DNA of 64,000 nucleotides. It comes from Myxococcota bacterium. GTDB taxonomy: Bacteria > Myxococcota_A > UBA796 > UBA2385. A program made the translations under genes and the position numbers. Below, piece after piece: positions 19,352 to 27,878 of this stretch (positions are counted from its first letter, which is position 1; every line of letters starts with the position of its first letter). The notes below the pieces were generated by a model. It searched no databases. It had not been told where the DNA came from and saw only the letters and a program-made list of their open reading frames with translations. The DNA is taken from positions 32,001 through 96,000 of the forward strand of contig JBIJDH010000022.1 of NCBI GenBank assembly GCA_044344255.1, in the 5' to 3' direction.

Positions 19352-21634
19352 ATGTCCAATTCTGCCCGGCCCCTCCTCCTCGGCGCTGCCCTGCTGCTCT
19401 CGCTCTCTGCCGGCTGCGGTGGCGGCGCAGGCGCTGACGGCAAAGACGGCATCAACGGCAGCAACGGCGCCAACGGCGAGAGCGGCGCACCCGGCGGCAA
19501 CGGTCTCGATGGCGTCAACGGTGTCGACGGCATCAACGGCGTCGATGGCGTGGACGGGGAGACCGGCGCGGACGGTCACGACGGCCGCGACGGCCATGAC
19601 GGTGAGGGCCCCTGGGGCATCAACCTCACCCTCGTCTCGATCGACGGCGGCAGCGGCTCCGCCGGCGCCTTCCAGGTGGGCGACTTCCCGAGCGTGACCT
19701 TCACGCTGACCGACGACGACGGCCACGAGTACGACGTCTCCGAGCTCACCGGCTTCTACTTCAACGTCGCCGGCCCCACGAGCCACTACGCCAACGCGAT
19801 CCTCTACTCCGACCTCGCCAAGGTCGCCGACACCGCGGTCTACAACTTCGACGGCACCTGGACCTACGACTTCGACATCGCCTTCCCCGCGACCTACCAC
19901 GCCGTGCTCAACGACACGACCGACCTCGGCACCGACGACGGTGACTGGGGCGGCGAGGCGCTGGTCGACGGCACCTACACCGTGGCGGCCTGGGCCTACA
20001 GCAAGGTCACCCTCGACGACGGCAGCTACTACTACGAGGCCGGCAACGCGACCTCTGACGTCCTCTTCGGCACCGCGACGGCCATCGAGCCCCGCGAGGT
20101 GGTGCTCGAAGAGAACTGCGCCAACTGCCACGGCGACGAGTTCATGGCCCACGGCGGCAGCCGCCGCGACCTCGACGTCTGCCTCACCTGCCACGTCGAC
20201 GGCACCGAGGATCGGTACTCCGCCACCGACAGCACGGTCACCCCGGGCACCTCGGTCGGCATGACCACGATGATCCACAAGATCCACATGGGTGAGGACC
20301 TGAGCAACGGCTACACGGTCGCCGGCTACCCCGCGGACACCACCGATCCGGGCTACCCGAACTACAACTCGATCGACTACTCCGAGGTCGTGTTCCCGAG
20401 CTTCAAGGAGGGCTCCGCCTCCTGTGACTCCTGCCACAGCGGCGCGGCCGACGGCGACGTGAACACCCGCCCCACCCGCCAGGCCTGCGGCGCCTGCCAC
20501 GACAGCGTCGACTTCGCGGCTGGCACCAACCACGAGGGCGGCGCCCAGACCAACGACACCAACTGCGCGGTCTGCCACACCCCCGACAACATCGACGGCT
20601 ACCACCTCGACGCCCGCTTCGACACCACGTTCAACCCCGGCATCAACGTCGAGATCCTGACCGCCTCCGGCGGATCGGGCTCGGGCGGCGCCTTCCAGGC
20701 CGGTGACACCATCACCATCACCTTCAAGGCCACCCACGACGACGGCACCTACGTGCAGAAGTCGGAGTTCGCCTACTCCTCGTCTTCGTCCACCTGCGGC
20801 ACCCTCGCCGGCGGCTCGACGCTGTACCTTGGCGGTCCCACCGAGCACATGGAGCGGATCCAGTACTCCACCTCTCCCAGCAGCTCGTCCACGGTGGGCT
20901 CGGTCTACGGCAGCTCCACCTACGACTCCAGCACCGGCATCTACACCTACTCGATGCCCGCTGTGATCCCCTCGACGATCCCCGCGCAGCTCAACGACAC
21001 CACGGCCTTCGGCGAGGCCGAAGGTGACTGGTACGGGCTGCCGCTGCCCTCGGGCACCTACCGCCTCGGCCTCGCCCTCTACACCACCCTCTGGGACGCC
21101 GACTGCAACCGCGTCCGCGTGGCCGATACCACCTACTTCGACATCCTGATGGGCACCGCCACCACGATCGAAGACCACGACTTCGTGGACAACGCCTCCT
21201 GTGAGAGCTGTCACGAGACGGTGGAGTTCCACGGCGACACCCGCAATGACGTCTCCTACTGCGTCATGTGCCACACCCCGGGCTCGGAGGACTCCTCCTC
21301 TGTCAACCCGACCACCAGCCTCGACTTCCCCGTGATGATCCACAAGATCCACGGCAGCAGCATCCTCGAGAACGGCTACTGCGTCGGCTCGACCTGCTTC
21401 GACGTCACCTTCCCCCGCTTCGACGGCGGCGTTCAGGCCTGCACCGCCTGCCACGGCGCCACCGACAAGTGGGAGAACCCCTCGACCCGCGGCTGCATCA
21501 CCTGCCACGACTCCGAGGACGCGGCGGCCCACGCGGCCATCATGACCGATGACGTCTACGGTGAGAGCTGCGACACCTGCCACGGGCCGGGCCGCGACTA
21601 CTCCTCCGAGTCGGTCCACGCCTGGACTCGCTGA
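19352..21634 (+). CDS. OmcA/MtrC-family decaheme c-type cytochrome lipoprotein with collagen-like N-terminal region
   Basis: Lipobox SAGC, (G-X-Y)n repeat, 10 CxxCH in two groups of five, each after a beta-rich domain, two MIHKIH motifs, HGGSR/HGDTR after hemes 1 and 6. Confidence 0.9.
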   Translation: MSNSARPLLLGAALLLSLSAGCGGGAGADGKDGINGSNGANGESGAPGGNGLDGVNGVDGINGVDGVDGETGADGHDGRDGHDGEGPWGINLTLVSIDGGSGSAGAFQVGDFPSVTFTLTDDDGHEYDVSELTGFYFNVAGPTSHYANAILYSDLAKVADTAVYNFDGTWTYDFDIAFPATYHAVLNDTTDLGTDDGDWGGEALVDGTYTVAAWAYSKVTLDDGSYYYEAGNATSDVLFGTATAIEPREVVLEENCANCHGDEFMAHGGSRRDLDVCLTCHVDGTEDRYSATDSTVTPGTSVGMTTMIHKIHMGEDLSNGYTVAGYPADTTDPGYPNYNSIDYSEVVFPSFKEGSASCDSCHSGAADGDVNTRPTRQACGACHDSVDFAAGTNHEGGAQTNDTNCAVCHTPDNIDGYHLDARFDTTFNPGINVEILTASGGSGSGGAFQAGDTITITFKATHDDGTYVQKSEFAYSSSSSTCGTLAGGSTLYLGGPTEHMERIQYSTSPSSSSTVGSVYGSSTYDSSTGIYTYSMPAVIPSTIPAQLNDTTAFGEAEGDWYGLPLPSGTYRLGLALYTTLWDADCNRVRVADTTYFDILMGTATTIEDHDFVDNASCESCHETVEFHGDTRNDVSYCVMCHTPGSEDSSSVNPTTSLDFPVMIHKIHGSSILENGYCVGSTCFDVTFPRFDGGVQACTACHGATDKWENPSTRGCITCHDSEDAAAHAAIMTDDVYGESCDTCHGPGRDYSSESVHAWTR

Positions 21635-21673
21635 AGCGGATGGTGTGACGGCGCCTCGCAGCGGGGCGCCCTG

Positions 21674-21710
21674 AGCGGGGGGCGGCGTCTTCGGGCGCCG
21701 CCCCCTCGCT
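21674..21710. terminator. GC-rich hairpin between convergent genes, probable terminator
   Basis: GGGGGCGGCGTC-TTCG-GGCGCCGCCCCC stem with a cUUCGg loop, extended by AGCG/CGCT. No U-tract. Confidence 0.65.
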
Positions 21711-21727
21711 GCGTCTGGCCCCTTGGC

Positions 21728-22531
21728 TCAGGGCTTGGCGGCCACCGGGAACAAGACCGCCTCGGTGACGATCACGGGGTAGCTGTAGCCGGAGCCGTAG
21801 TCCTCATCGACCTTCACGAGGCCCTGCGCCTCGACCTCGACCCCCATCGCCGCCGCGGACTGGGTGGTCACGGTGAGGTCGTTCGTGCCGGAGGCGCCCG
21901 TGCCGTCCTGGATGTGGAGCCAGTTCCGCCCCATCACGCCCGGGGTGTACTTGACCACCTTGCCGCGTACGGTGACCGTCTTCCCCGCGAGGGCCTGGCG
22001 ATCGGACCACACCGAGGCGATGGTCTGGACGGGGCCGCCCGCGCGGGGCGCCGTGGGCGCAGGGATCGAGGCCGGCGCGGCCTCGCCGACGGGGGCCGCT
22101 GCGGCCGGCGTGGCGCCGTCGCCCGGGGCGCTGAGGCTCTCGACGAAGTAGACGAGCGGGAAGTCTCGGTTGAGCGTGTCGCTGTGGAAGTCGCGCATCG
22201 GCAGCGACAGGGTGAGCGCCACCCGGCTGCCCACGGGGGGCGCCGCGCCGCCGCTCGCCGCCCAGAGCTCCCCCTCGACCGTCTGGACCCGCACATAGCT
22301 GTACGGGGGAGCGGAGAGCCCCTCCACCACGGTGCCTTCGACGGTGGGGCCGGTGGGCTTGGTCGCCATGCCCGGCGCGGGGGCCGGGGCCTGCCCGGAG
22401 GTCGGGGCCTGAGCCGCGCCGAGGTCTTGGAAGGCCCCCGGGCTGAGCTGTCCGGGGCGGGCGCCCTCCGCGGGGGGGGTGGGCGCGGCGCCGTCACAGG
22501 CGACGAGGAGCGAGAGGAGCAGGAGGCGCAT
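21728..22531 (-). CDS. NrfJ-related lipoprotein with C-terminal OB-fold-like domain
   Basis: Lipobox LVAC. GTVVE...YSYVRV...WAA, F.S.TLNR.F..VYFV, VTVRGKVVK...MGRNWLHIQDG. Confidence 0.75.
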   Translation of the reverse strand: MRLLLLSLLVACDGAAPTPPAEGARPGQLSPGAFQDLGAAQAPTSGQAPAPAPGMATKPTGPTVEGTVVEGLSAPPYSYVRVQTVEGELWAASGGAAPPVGSRVALTLSLPMRDFHSDTLNRDFPLVYFVESLSAPGDGATPAAAAPVGEAAPASIPAPTAPRAGGPVQTIASVWSDRQALAGKTVTVRGKVVKYTPGVMGRNWLHIQDGTGASGTNDLTVTTQSAAAMGVEVEAQGLVKVDEDYGSGYSYPVIVTEAVLFPVAAKP

Positions 22532-22740
22532 GGGCGATGATCCGAAGGGTGGGTTTGCGGGAGCCGATTAGCCGCCGCAGCGCGCGCAGGCTCCCTCCCG
22601 CCGAGGGGGGGAGCGTGCCCCAACCCGCCGAAGCCTGCCCTCGATCATGGTAGCGTCGAGGCCCTCTGCGCACAGGCGCGCTACAGGCTCCCTCCCGCTG
22701 TCACCCACGCGGCGCTCCGATGCGCGAAGATCCGCTCCAG

Positions 22741-24819
22741 ATGCTCTCCACACGCCCACGCACGGATGATCCTCTGAGCCTGCATCCGCCCGCTCTGTTC
22801 GCGAGCCCCGCGCAGCGGCTCGGTCGCCTGTCGCTCGCCCTGCTGCTCGCCGGCTGCGCGGGGGGAGACGGCTGGCCCGACAGCGAGGAGCCCCGCCCCG
22901 CCGCCCTCGCCGCCACCCCCGCGGGCGCGCTCGAGGGGGAGCTCACCGGGCCCGACGGGGGGCCGCTCGCGGGCGCCTTCGTCACCACCGATCCCCTCGG
23001 CATGGGCGCGACCACCGGCGAAGACGGGCGCTTCCGGATCGAGCGCCTGCTCCCTGGCGAGTACACCGTCACCGCCGCCGCCGCCGGCCTCTCGGCCGTG
23101 GAGTCCGAGCCCTTTCTGATCGAGGCCGAGGGGGTGGCCTCGGTCTCCCTCACGCTCCCGGCCCTCCCCGAGCAGGACGGCCTCCTCCGCGTCACGGTGC
23201 TCAACGCCTTTGACGAGCCCGCGGCCGCCGTCCACGTGATCGCCACCGACGGCACCCTGACGGTCGAGGGCGACACCGACGCCTCGGGCGCCCTCACGCT
23301 GTCTGGCCTCGGCGGGCGCACGGTGAGCGTCTACGCGGCTGACCCCGCCGGTCGGCACGCCGCCCGCTCCACCGACGAGATCGCGGTGCCCGCCCTCGGC
23401 GGCGCGCAGGTCTCCTTCGCCCTCTCCGGCCAGCCTGACCCCGAGTGGCTGGGCACCTCTGGCACCCGCATCTGCGTGATGTGCCACGAAGACATCGCCG
23501 CGGTCTATCAAGGCTCGGCCCACGCCCAGGCGATGTCGGCGGTCGAGGGCGCCCCCGCCCTGGCCTTTGACCTCGGGCTCACGGTCGACCTCGAAGGCGC
23601 CACCGCCACCCTGAGCCGCGAGGGCGGCGAGCCCGTCGTCACCTTGGAGGACAGCGCCGGCGCCACCTCCACCTGGCCCGTGGCGGGCCTGCTCGGCGGA
23701 GAGCGCCGCGGCGCCATCCCCTGGACCGAGGTCGACGGGGTGTCCTGGCCGCTGCCCCTCGCCTGGCGCCCCGCCGATCCGCGCCGCCCGGGATGGGAGG
23801 AGCCCGCCTGGGTGGGCACAGACCTCGACGCCTGGTTCGACACCGACGGCACCTTCGCCTTCAGCGGCACGCCCCCCGCCGCCGCCTCGGCGGAGAACCG
23901 CTGCTTCGCCTGCCACGCCACCGGCTTCACCCTCGCCTCGGACGGCGGCGGGCAGGTCACGATGACCGCGACGAGCGAGCCCGACGCGCGCTGGGACGAA
24001 GCCGCCGTCGGCTGTGAGCGCTGCCACGGCCCCGGGCTCAGCCACTCGGCCGGCCTGCTCTCGGAGAAGCGCGCCACCATCATCAACCCCGACCGGCTCG
24101 ACGTCGCGCGGGGCAACGAGGTCTGCGGGCAGTGCCACTCCGCCCTCGCAGGCGCAGCGCACACCCCCTACGCCTGGAGCGAGGCCGAGGGCCTCTTCGC
24201 CCCGGGGGAGACCCTCTCCGACTACGCCGCCAGCGACTTCTCGGCCTGGACGGAGTCTGGTGTCACCGACCTCCCCGGCGCCGCGGCCGACGAGCTCAGC
24301 CGGTCGGCGCACGCCACCAACGGCTGGGAGGCCCGCTGCACCGACTGCCACGATCCGCACGGCAGCAGCGTCCGCTCCGACCTCCGCCAGGAGAGCGAAG
24401 ACAACACCCTCTGCAGCAGCTGTCACCTCGGCCTCGACTACGCGGGCGACGCGGCGGCGATGGCCGCCCACACCGGCCACAGCGCCTACGATCCAGGCAG
24501 CGAGGGGCACTCGGGCCAGTGCACCGGCTGCCACATGCCGCCCACGGCCACCCGCTCCGCCTGGTCCGACCTCTCCGCCGCCGGAGACCTCGCCAGCCAC
24601 CGCTTCCTCGCCGTGCCCCCCGCCGAGTCCCTCGCCTACTTCGAGGCCGCCGGCGCCACGACGCTCGAGCCCGGCACCTTCGTCCCCAACGCCTGTCAGG
24701 AGTGCCACGCCTGGAACGGGTGGCGCCTCGGCGCCGCCTTCACCGGGCCCACCGGCGACATGACGGCGCGCGCCACCCACGAGGCCCTCGACGGCGCCTA
24801 TGGGCTGATGTTCCCATGA
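22741..24819 (+). CDS. Octaheme c-type cytochrome lipoprotein with N-terminal carboxypeptidase-regulatory-like beta-sandwich domains (start could be 22720)
   Basis: Lipobox LAGC. G.PLAGA.V...TT.EDGRFRI..L.PGEYTV domain. 8 CxxCH including CERCHGPG and CTGCHMP...SHRF...PNACQECH. Confidence 0.88.
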   Translation: MLSTRPRTDDPLSLHPPALFASPAQRLGRLSLALLLAGCAGGDGWPDSEEPRPAALAATPAGALEGELTGPDGGPLAGAFVTTDPLGMGATTGEDGRFRIERLLPGEYTVTAAAAGLSAVESEPFLIEAEGVASVSLTLPALPEQDGLLRVTVLNAFDEPAAAVHVIATDGTLTVEGDTDASGALTLSGLGGRTVSVYAADPAGRHAARSTDEIAVPALGGAQVSFALSGQPDPEWLGTSGTRICVMCHEDIAAVYQGSAHAQAMSAVEGAPALAFDLGLTVDLEGATATLSREGGEPVVTLEDSAGATSTWPVAGLLGGERRGAIPWTEVDGVSWPLPLAWRPADPRRPGWEEPAWVGTDLDAWFDTDGTFAFSGTPPAAASAENRCFACHATGFTLASDGGGQVTMTATSEPDARWDEAAVGCERCHGPGLSHSAGLLSEKRATIINPDRLDVARGNEVCGQCHSALAGAAHTPYAWSEAEGLFAPGETLSDYAASDFSAWTESGVTDLPGAAADELSRSAHATNGWEARCTDCHDPHGSSVRSDLRQESEDNTLCSSCHLGLDYAGDAAAMAAHTGHSAYDPGSEGHSGQCTGCHMPPTATRSAWSDLSAAGDLASHRFLAVPPAESLAYFEAAGATTLEPGTFVPNACQECHAWNGWRLGAAFTGPTGDMTARATHEALDGAYGLMFP

Positions 24820-25694
24820 GTGAGACCAACCTCCTCCGCTCCCCTCCCGGCGCCCGCGCGGTCCGCCACGGGCTGCTCCTCCTGGCCCTCAGCGCCGTCG
24901 CCTGCGGCACGCCGGTCGAGCCCGCCAAGGGCGCGTCCGGCTCCAGCGGGGCCGTCCAGTTCCCCCACGCCGCGGGCTACAAGGCGGGCACCGACCACGG
25001 CGCCGAGGCCCTCGCCCTCGGACAGGCGGCCTGTAACGAGTGCCACCGCCCCGAGACCAACGCCCCCACCTGCGCCTCCTGCCACGAGGGCTACCCCCAC
25101 GAGGAGGGCTGGCTCGCTGGGACCGCCCACGGCGTCGGCCTCATCGGCGAGACCGGGGCCGCGGCCCTCCAGGTCTGCGGCGACTGCCACGGAAAGGCCG
25201 AGCTCACGGCCCCCTCCTGCACCACCTGCCACGACTCCTACCCCCACCCCGAGGGCTGGGAGCTCGCCGGCCAGCACGGCGCCTACACCCTCGCCCGCGG
25301 CTCGGCGGTGGCGGCCTGCGGAGGCTGCCACGGCGCCGCCCTCGAAGGGGTGACCGACCCCGACCGGGCGAGCCCCTCCTGCACGTCCTGTCACGCCACC
25401 TGGCCGCACCCCGAGGGCTGGGCCGCGGTCGAGGGCCACGGCGCGACCTCAGCCGCGCAGCTCCCCGACTGCTACGCCTGCCACGGTGAGGGCGGCACCG
25501 GCGGCATCGTCGCCCTGGCCTGCTCCCGCTGCCACGACGCCTTCCCCCACGCCGACGGCTGGACCCAGGGCCACCTCGCCTGGGTGAACGCCCGCGGCGA
25601 TCAGGCCTGCTTGAGCTGTCACGACGCCGGCTCCGCGGCCCCCACCATGCCGGCCTCCTGCGGCGCCGCCTGTCACTCTGGGAGCGGCGGATGA
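24816..25694 (+). CDS. Decaheme c-type cytochrome lipoprotein built from tandem two-heme repeats
   Basis: ATGA overlap, lipobox AVAC, 9 CxxCH plus a terminal CxxxCH, repeated (Y/W/F)PH..GW...HG. Confidence 0.88.
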   Translation: MSETNLLRSPPGARAVRHGLLLLALSAVACGTPVEPAKGASGSSGAVQFPHAAGYKAGTDHGAEALALGQAACNECHRPETNAPTCASCHEGYPHEEGWLAGTAHGVGLIGETGAAALQVCGDCHGKAELTAPSCTTCHDSYPHPEGWELAGQHGAYTLARGSAVAACGGCHGAALEGVTDPDRASPSCTSCHATWPHPEGWAAVEGHGATSAAQLPDCYACHGEGGTGGIVALACSRCHDAFPHADGWTQGHLAWVNARGDQACLSCHDAGSAAPTMPASCGAACHSGSGG

Positions 25695-26971
25695 TGCTCC
25701 TCCTCGGCGGGATCTTGTCGGCCACCGCCGCCGACCGCGACACCAGCCAGGGCGACGATGGGCTCCTCGACGGCCTGCACGCCTACGTCACCTCCGCGGC
25801 GGAGGTCCGGCCCGACCTCGTCGGCGAGCGGGACGTCCGGGCCCGACAGAGCCTCGGCCTGTCCACCCCGGTGGGCGAACACTGGTCCTTCGACCTCTCC
25901 GGCGCCCTCCGCCACGGCAGCGTCCACGACGCCGATCTCGACCTCCACGCCCTCCACCTCCAGGGAGAGGGGGAGCGGCTGCACCTCGAGCTCGGCCGAC
26001 AGGTGGTCGTCGATCCCCGCGGCCTGCAGCACCTCGACGGCCTCCGCCTCGAGCGCAGCGCCGGGCTCGTGGTCCCCGCATTCTGGCTCGGCCGGCTGTG
26101 GGCCCCCGAGGCCCCCTTCAAGGACCCCCGGCAGGCCGAAGACGACGCCGCCCACGGCACCCTCGTCGGGGGCGCCTCGGTAGACCTCCACCCCCCCGGC
26201 CCCGACGGCGAGCCCTCCGGCCGCGCCGGCCTCCGCCTGGGCTTCGAGGAGCAGCTCGAAGCCAGCGAGGCCCGCTCCCACGTCTTCGGCGCCGCCGAGC
26301 TCAACGGGCCCCGCGGCGGCCGTGGCACCCTGGACGCCGAGGCCGTCCCCGGCGAGGGGCAGCGCCTCGGCCTGCGCGCCATCGGGCCGGTGGGCCGTGT
26401 CCTCACCCTCGGCCCCGAGCTCCGCTACGAGGCCCTCGGCGTCAGCACCGTCTCCACCACCCGCCGCGACGCCATGGACTGGCTCGGCGGGGATGGCTAC
26501 GGCGTCGGCAGCCTCCTCATCGCCGGTCACCAGGGCGAGTGGACCGCCAGCGTCCAAGGCGGGCCGGTCTATCGGCCCGACCGCTCGGCGGGCGCCACCG
26601 GCAACGCCAACCTCCACTACCAGGCGAGCCCCACCTTCGGCCTCGGCCTCTTCGGCCTCAGCGCCTATGTCGAGGGCTCCGCGGTCACCGGCGGCGGGCT
26701 CCAGGCCGCCACCTCCCCCGAGGGCCTCCGCGTCAGCGGCGACGTCGGGCTCTATCGATTCACGCCGCTGACCGGCGCGGTCGCATCGGTGGGAGAGGCC
26801 CGCCTGCGGGCCAGCGCCCCCCTGCTGCGCCGCACCCACGGCGCCCGCGAGACCGCCGGCCTCCGCTTCCAGGCCGAGCTGGCGAGCGGCGCCGATCGAA
26901 ACCTCCAGCCCTGGATGCGCGGCGGCGTCGCGCTCAGCGGCAACCTCGGTCCGAGTGGGGACCACCCATGA
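25691..26971 (+). CDS. Putative outer-membrane beta-barrel (porin of a porin-cytochrome conduit)
   Basis: Signal peptide, no heme motifs, many alternating hydrophobic/polar strands, LELGRQ...LDG motif, lies between multiheme genes. Confidence 0.7.
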   Translation: MMLLLGGILSATAADRDTSQGDDGLLDGLHAYVTSAAEVRPDLVGERDVRARQSLGLSTPVGEHWSFDLSGALRHGSVHDADLDLHALHLQGEGERLHLELGRQVVVDPRGLQHLDGLRLERSAGLVVPAFWLGRLWAPEAPFKDPRQAEDDAAHGTLVGGASVDLHPPGPDGEPSGRAGLRLGFEEQLEASEARSHVFGAAELNGPRGGRGTLDAEAVPGEGQRLGLRAIGPVGRVLTLGPELRYEALGVSTVSTTRRDAMDWLGGDGYGVGSLLIAGHQGEWTASVQGGPVYRPDRSAGATGNANLHYQASPTFGLGLFGLSAYVEGSAVTGGGLQAATSPEGLRVSGDVGLYRFTPLTGAVASVGEARLRASAPLLRRTHGARETAGLRFQAELASGADRNLQPWMRGGVALSGNLGPSGDHP

Positions 26972-27591
26972 CGCCCCGCTTCGTCTCTCTCCGCCTGTCG
27001 GCGCTCCGCCTCTCTTCCTTCTGTCTGCCCGCGCTGCTGGTCGGCCTGCTCTGGTCGGGCGCCGAGGCGAAGGACGGGCCGGACCCCGCCCTCCTCCCCT
27101 CCCCCTTCCGGCACGCCGAGCACAAGGGCGCGTTCCAAGACGCCTCGGTCACCTGCGTAGACTGCCACGCGGTCGGCCTCCGCGGCGCCGACACCACCAT
27201 CGCGGTGCCGGTGATGCCCGCGGCGCCGTGGTCCACCTGCCACGGCTGTCACCGAGACGAGGTCCGCCGGGCCCCCGCCGCGGCCCCCTCCACCTGCCTC
27301 ACCTGCCACAGCTCGATGGCGGCGCTGAAGCCGACCGACCATCAGGTCGACTGGGTCCACCAGCACGGGGACGCCGCGCGGTCTCTCCAGGCCGACTGCT
27401 CGAGCTGCCACGACAAGGTGACCTGTGTCTCCTGCCACGAGGAGCGCGGCGCCCTGTCCAAGAACCCGCACCCGCCCGGCTTCGCCGCCTTCCACGGCGT
27501 ACAAGCCCAGCTCGACCCTCGCTCCTGCACCACCTGCCACACGCCCTCCACCTGCACGAGCTGCCACCAGTCGGGAGCTGCCCCATGGTGA
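26968..27591 (+). CDS. Heptaheme periplasmic c-type cytochrome
   Basis: ATGA overlap, signal peptide ending AEA, F.H..H then 7 CxxCH, repeated HG..A....CxxCH....CxxCH. Confidence 0.88.
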   Translation: MTPRFVSLRLSALRLSSFCLPALLVGLLWSGAEAKDGPDPALLPSPFRHAEHKGAFQDASVTCVDCHAVGLRGADTTIAVPVMPAAPWSTCHGCHRDEVRRAPAAAPSTCLTCHSSMAALKPTDHQVDWVHQHGDAARSLQADCSSCHDKVTCVSCHEERGALSKNPHPPGFAAFHGVQAQLDPRSCTTCHTPSTCTSCHQSGAAPW

Positions 27592-27878
27592 GCCGCCGCT
27601 GCGCCCTGCTCTTGTCCTTGCTCCTCGTCGCCTGCGGCGAGGAGGACCCCTGCCCCTACGGCTCGCTGCTCGACAGCCCGGCCGGCCTCACCCTGACCGC
27701 GGCCGAGCACCCCACCGGCTGGGGACAGGCGGAGTGTGTGAGCTGCCACGTCATGGAGACGCTGCACCGCTCCGGCTGCTCGCCCGACATCGATCCCGTC
27801 GAGCTCCAAGACGAGGTCGCCGCGCGGGGCCTCGAGGGCTGCGTGGACTGCCACGGCAATAACGGGGTGTCCGAATGA
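27585..27878 (+). CDS. Small diheme c-type cytochrome lipoprotein
   Basis: Lipobox LVAC. CVSCH and CVDCH. Overlaps both neighbours. Confidence 0.82.
   Translation: MVSRRCALLLSLLLVACGEEDPCPYGSLLDSPAGLTLTAAEHPTGWGQAECVSCHVMETLHRSGCSPDIDPVELQDEVAARGLEGCVDCHGNNGVSE

Noticed and set aside
24816..26971. Naming these genes mtrA/mtrB
   Set aside because: The decaheme is a repeat-built lipoprotein unlike MtrA/DmsE, and the putative barrel is much shorter than MtrB.
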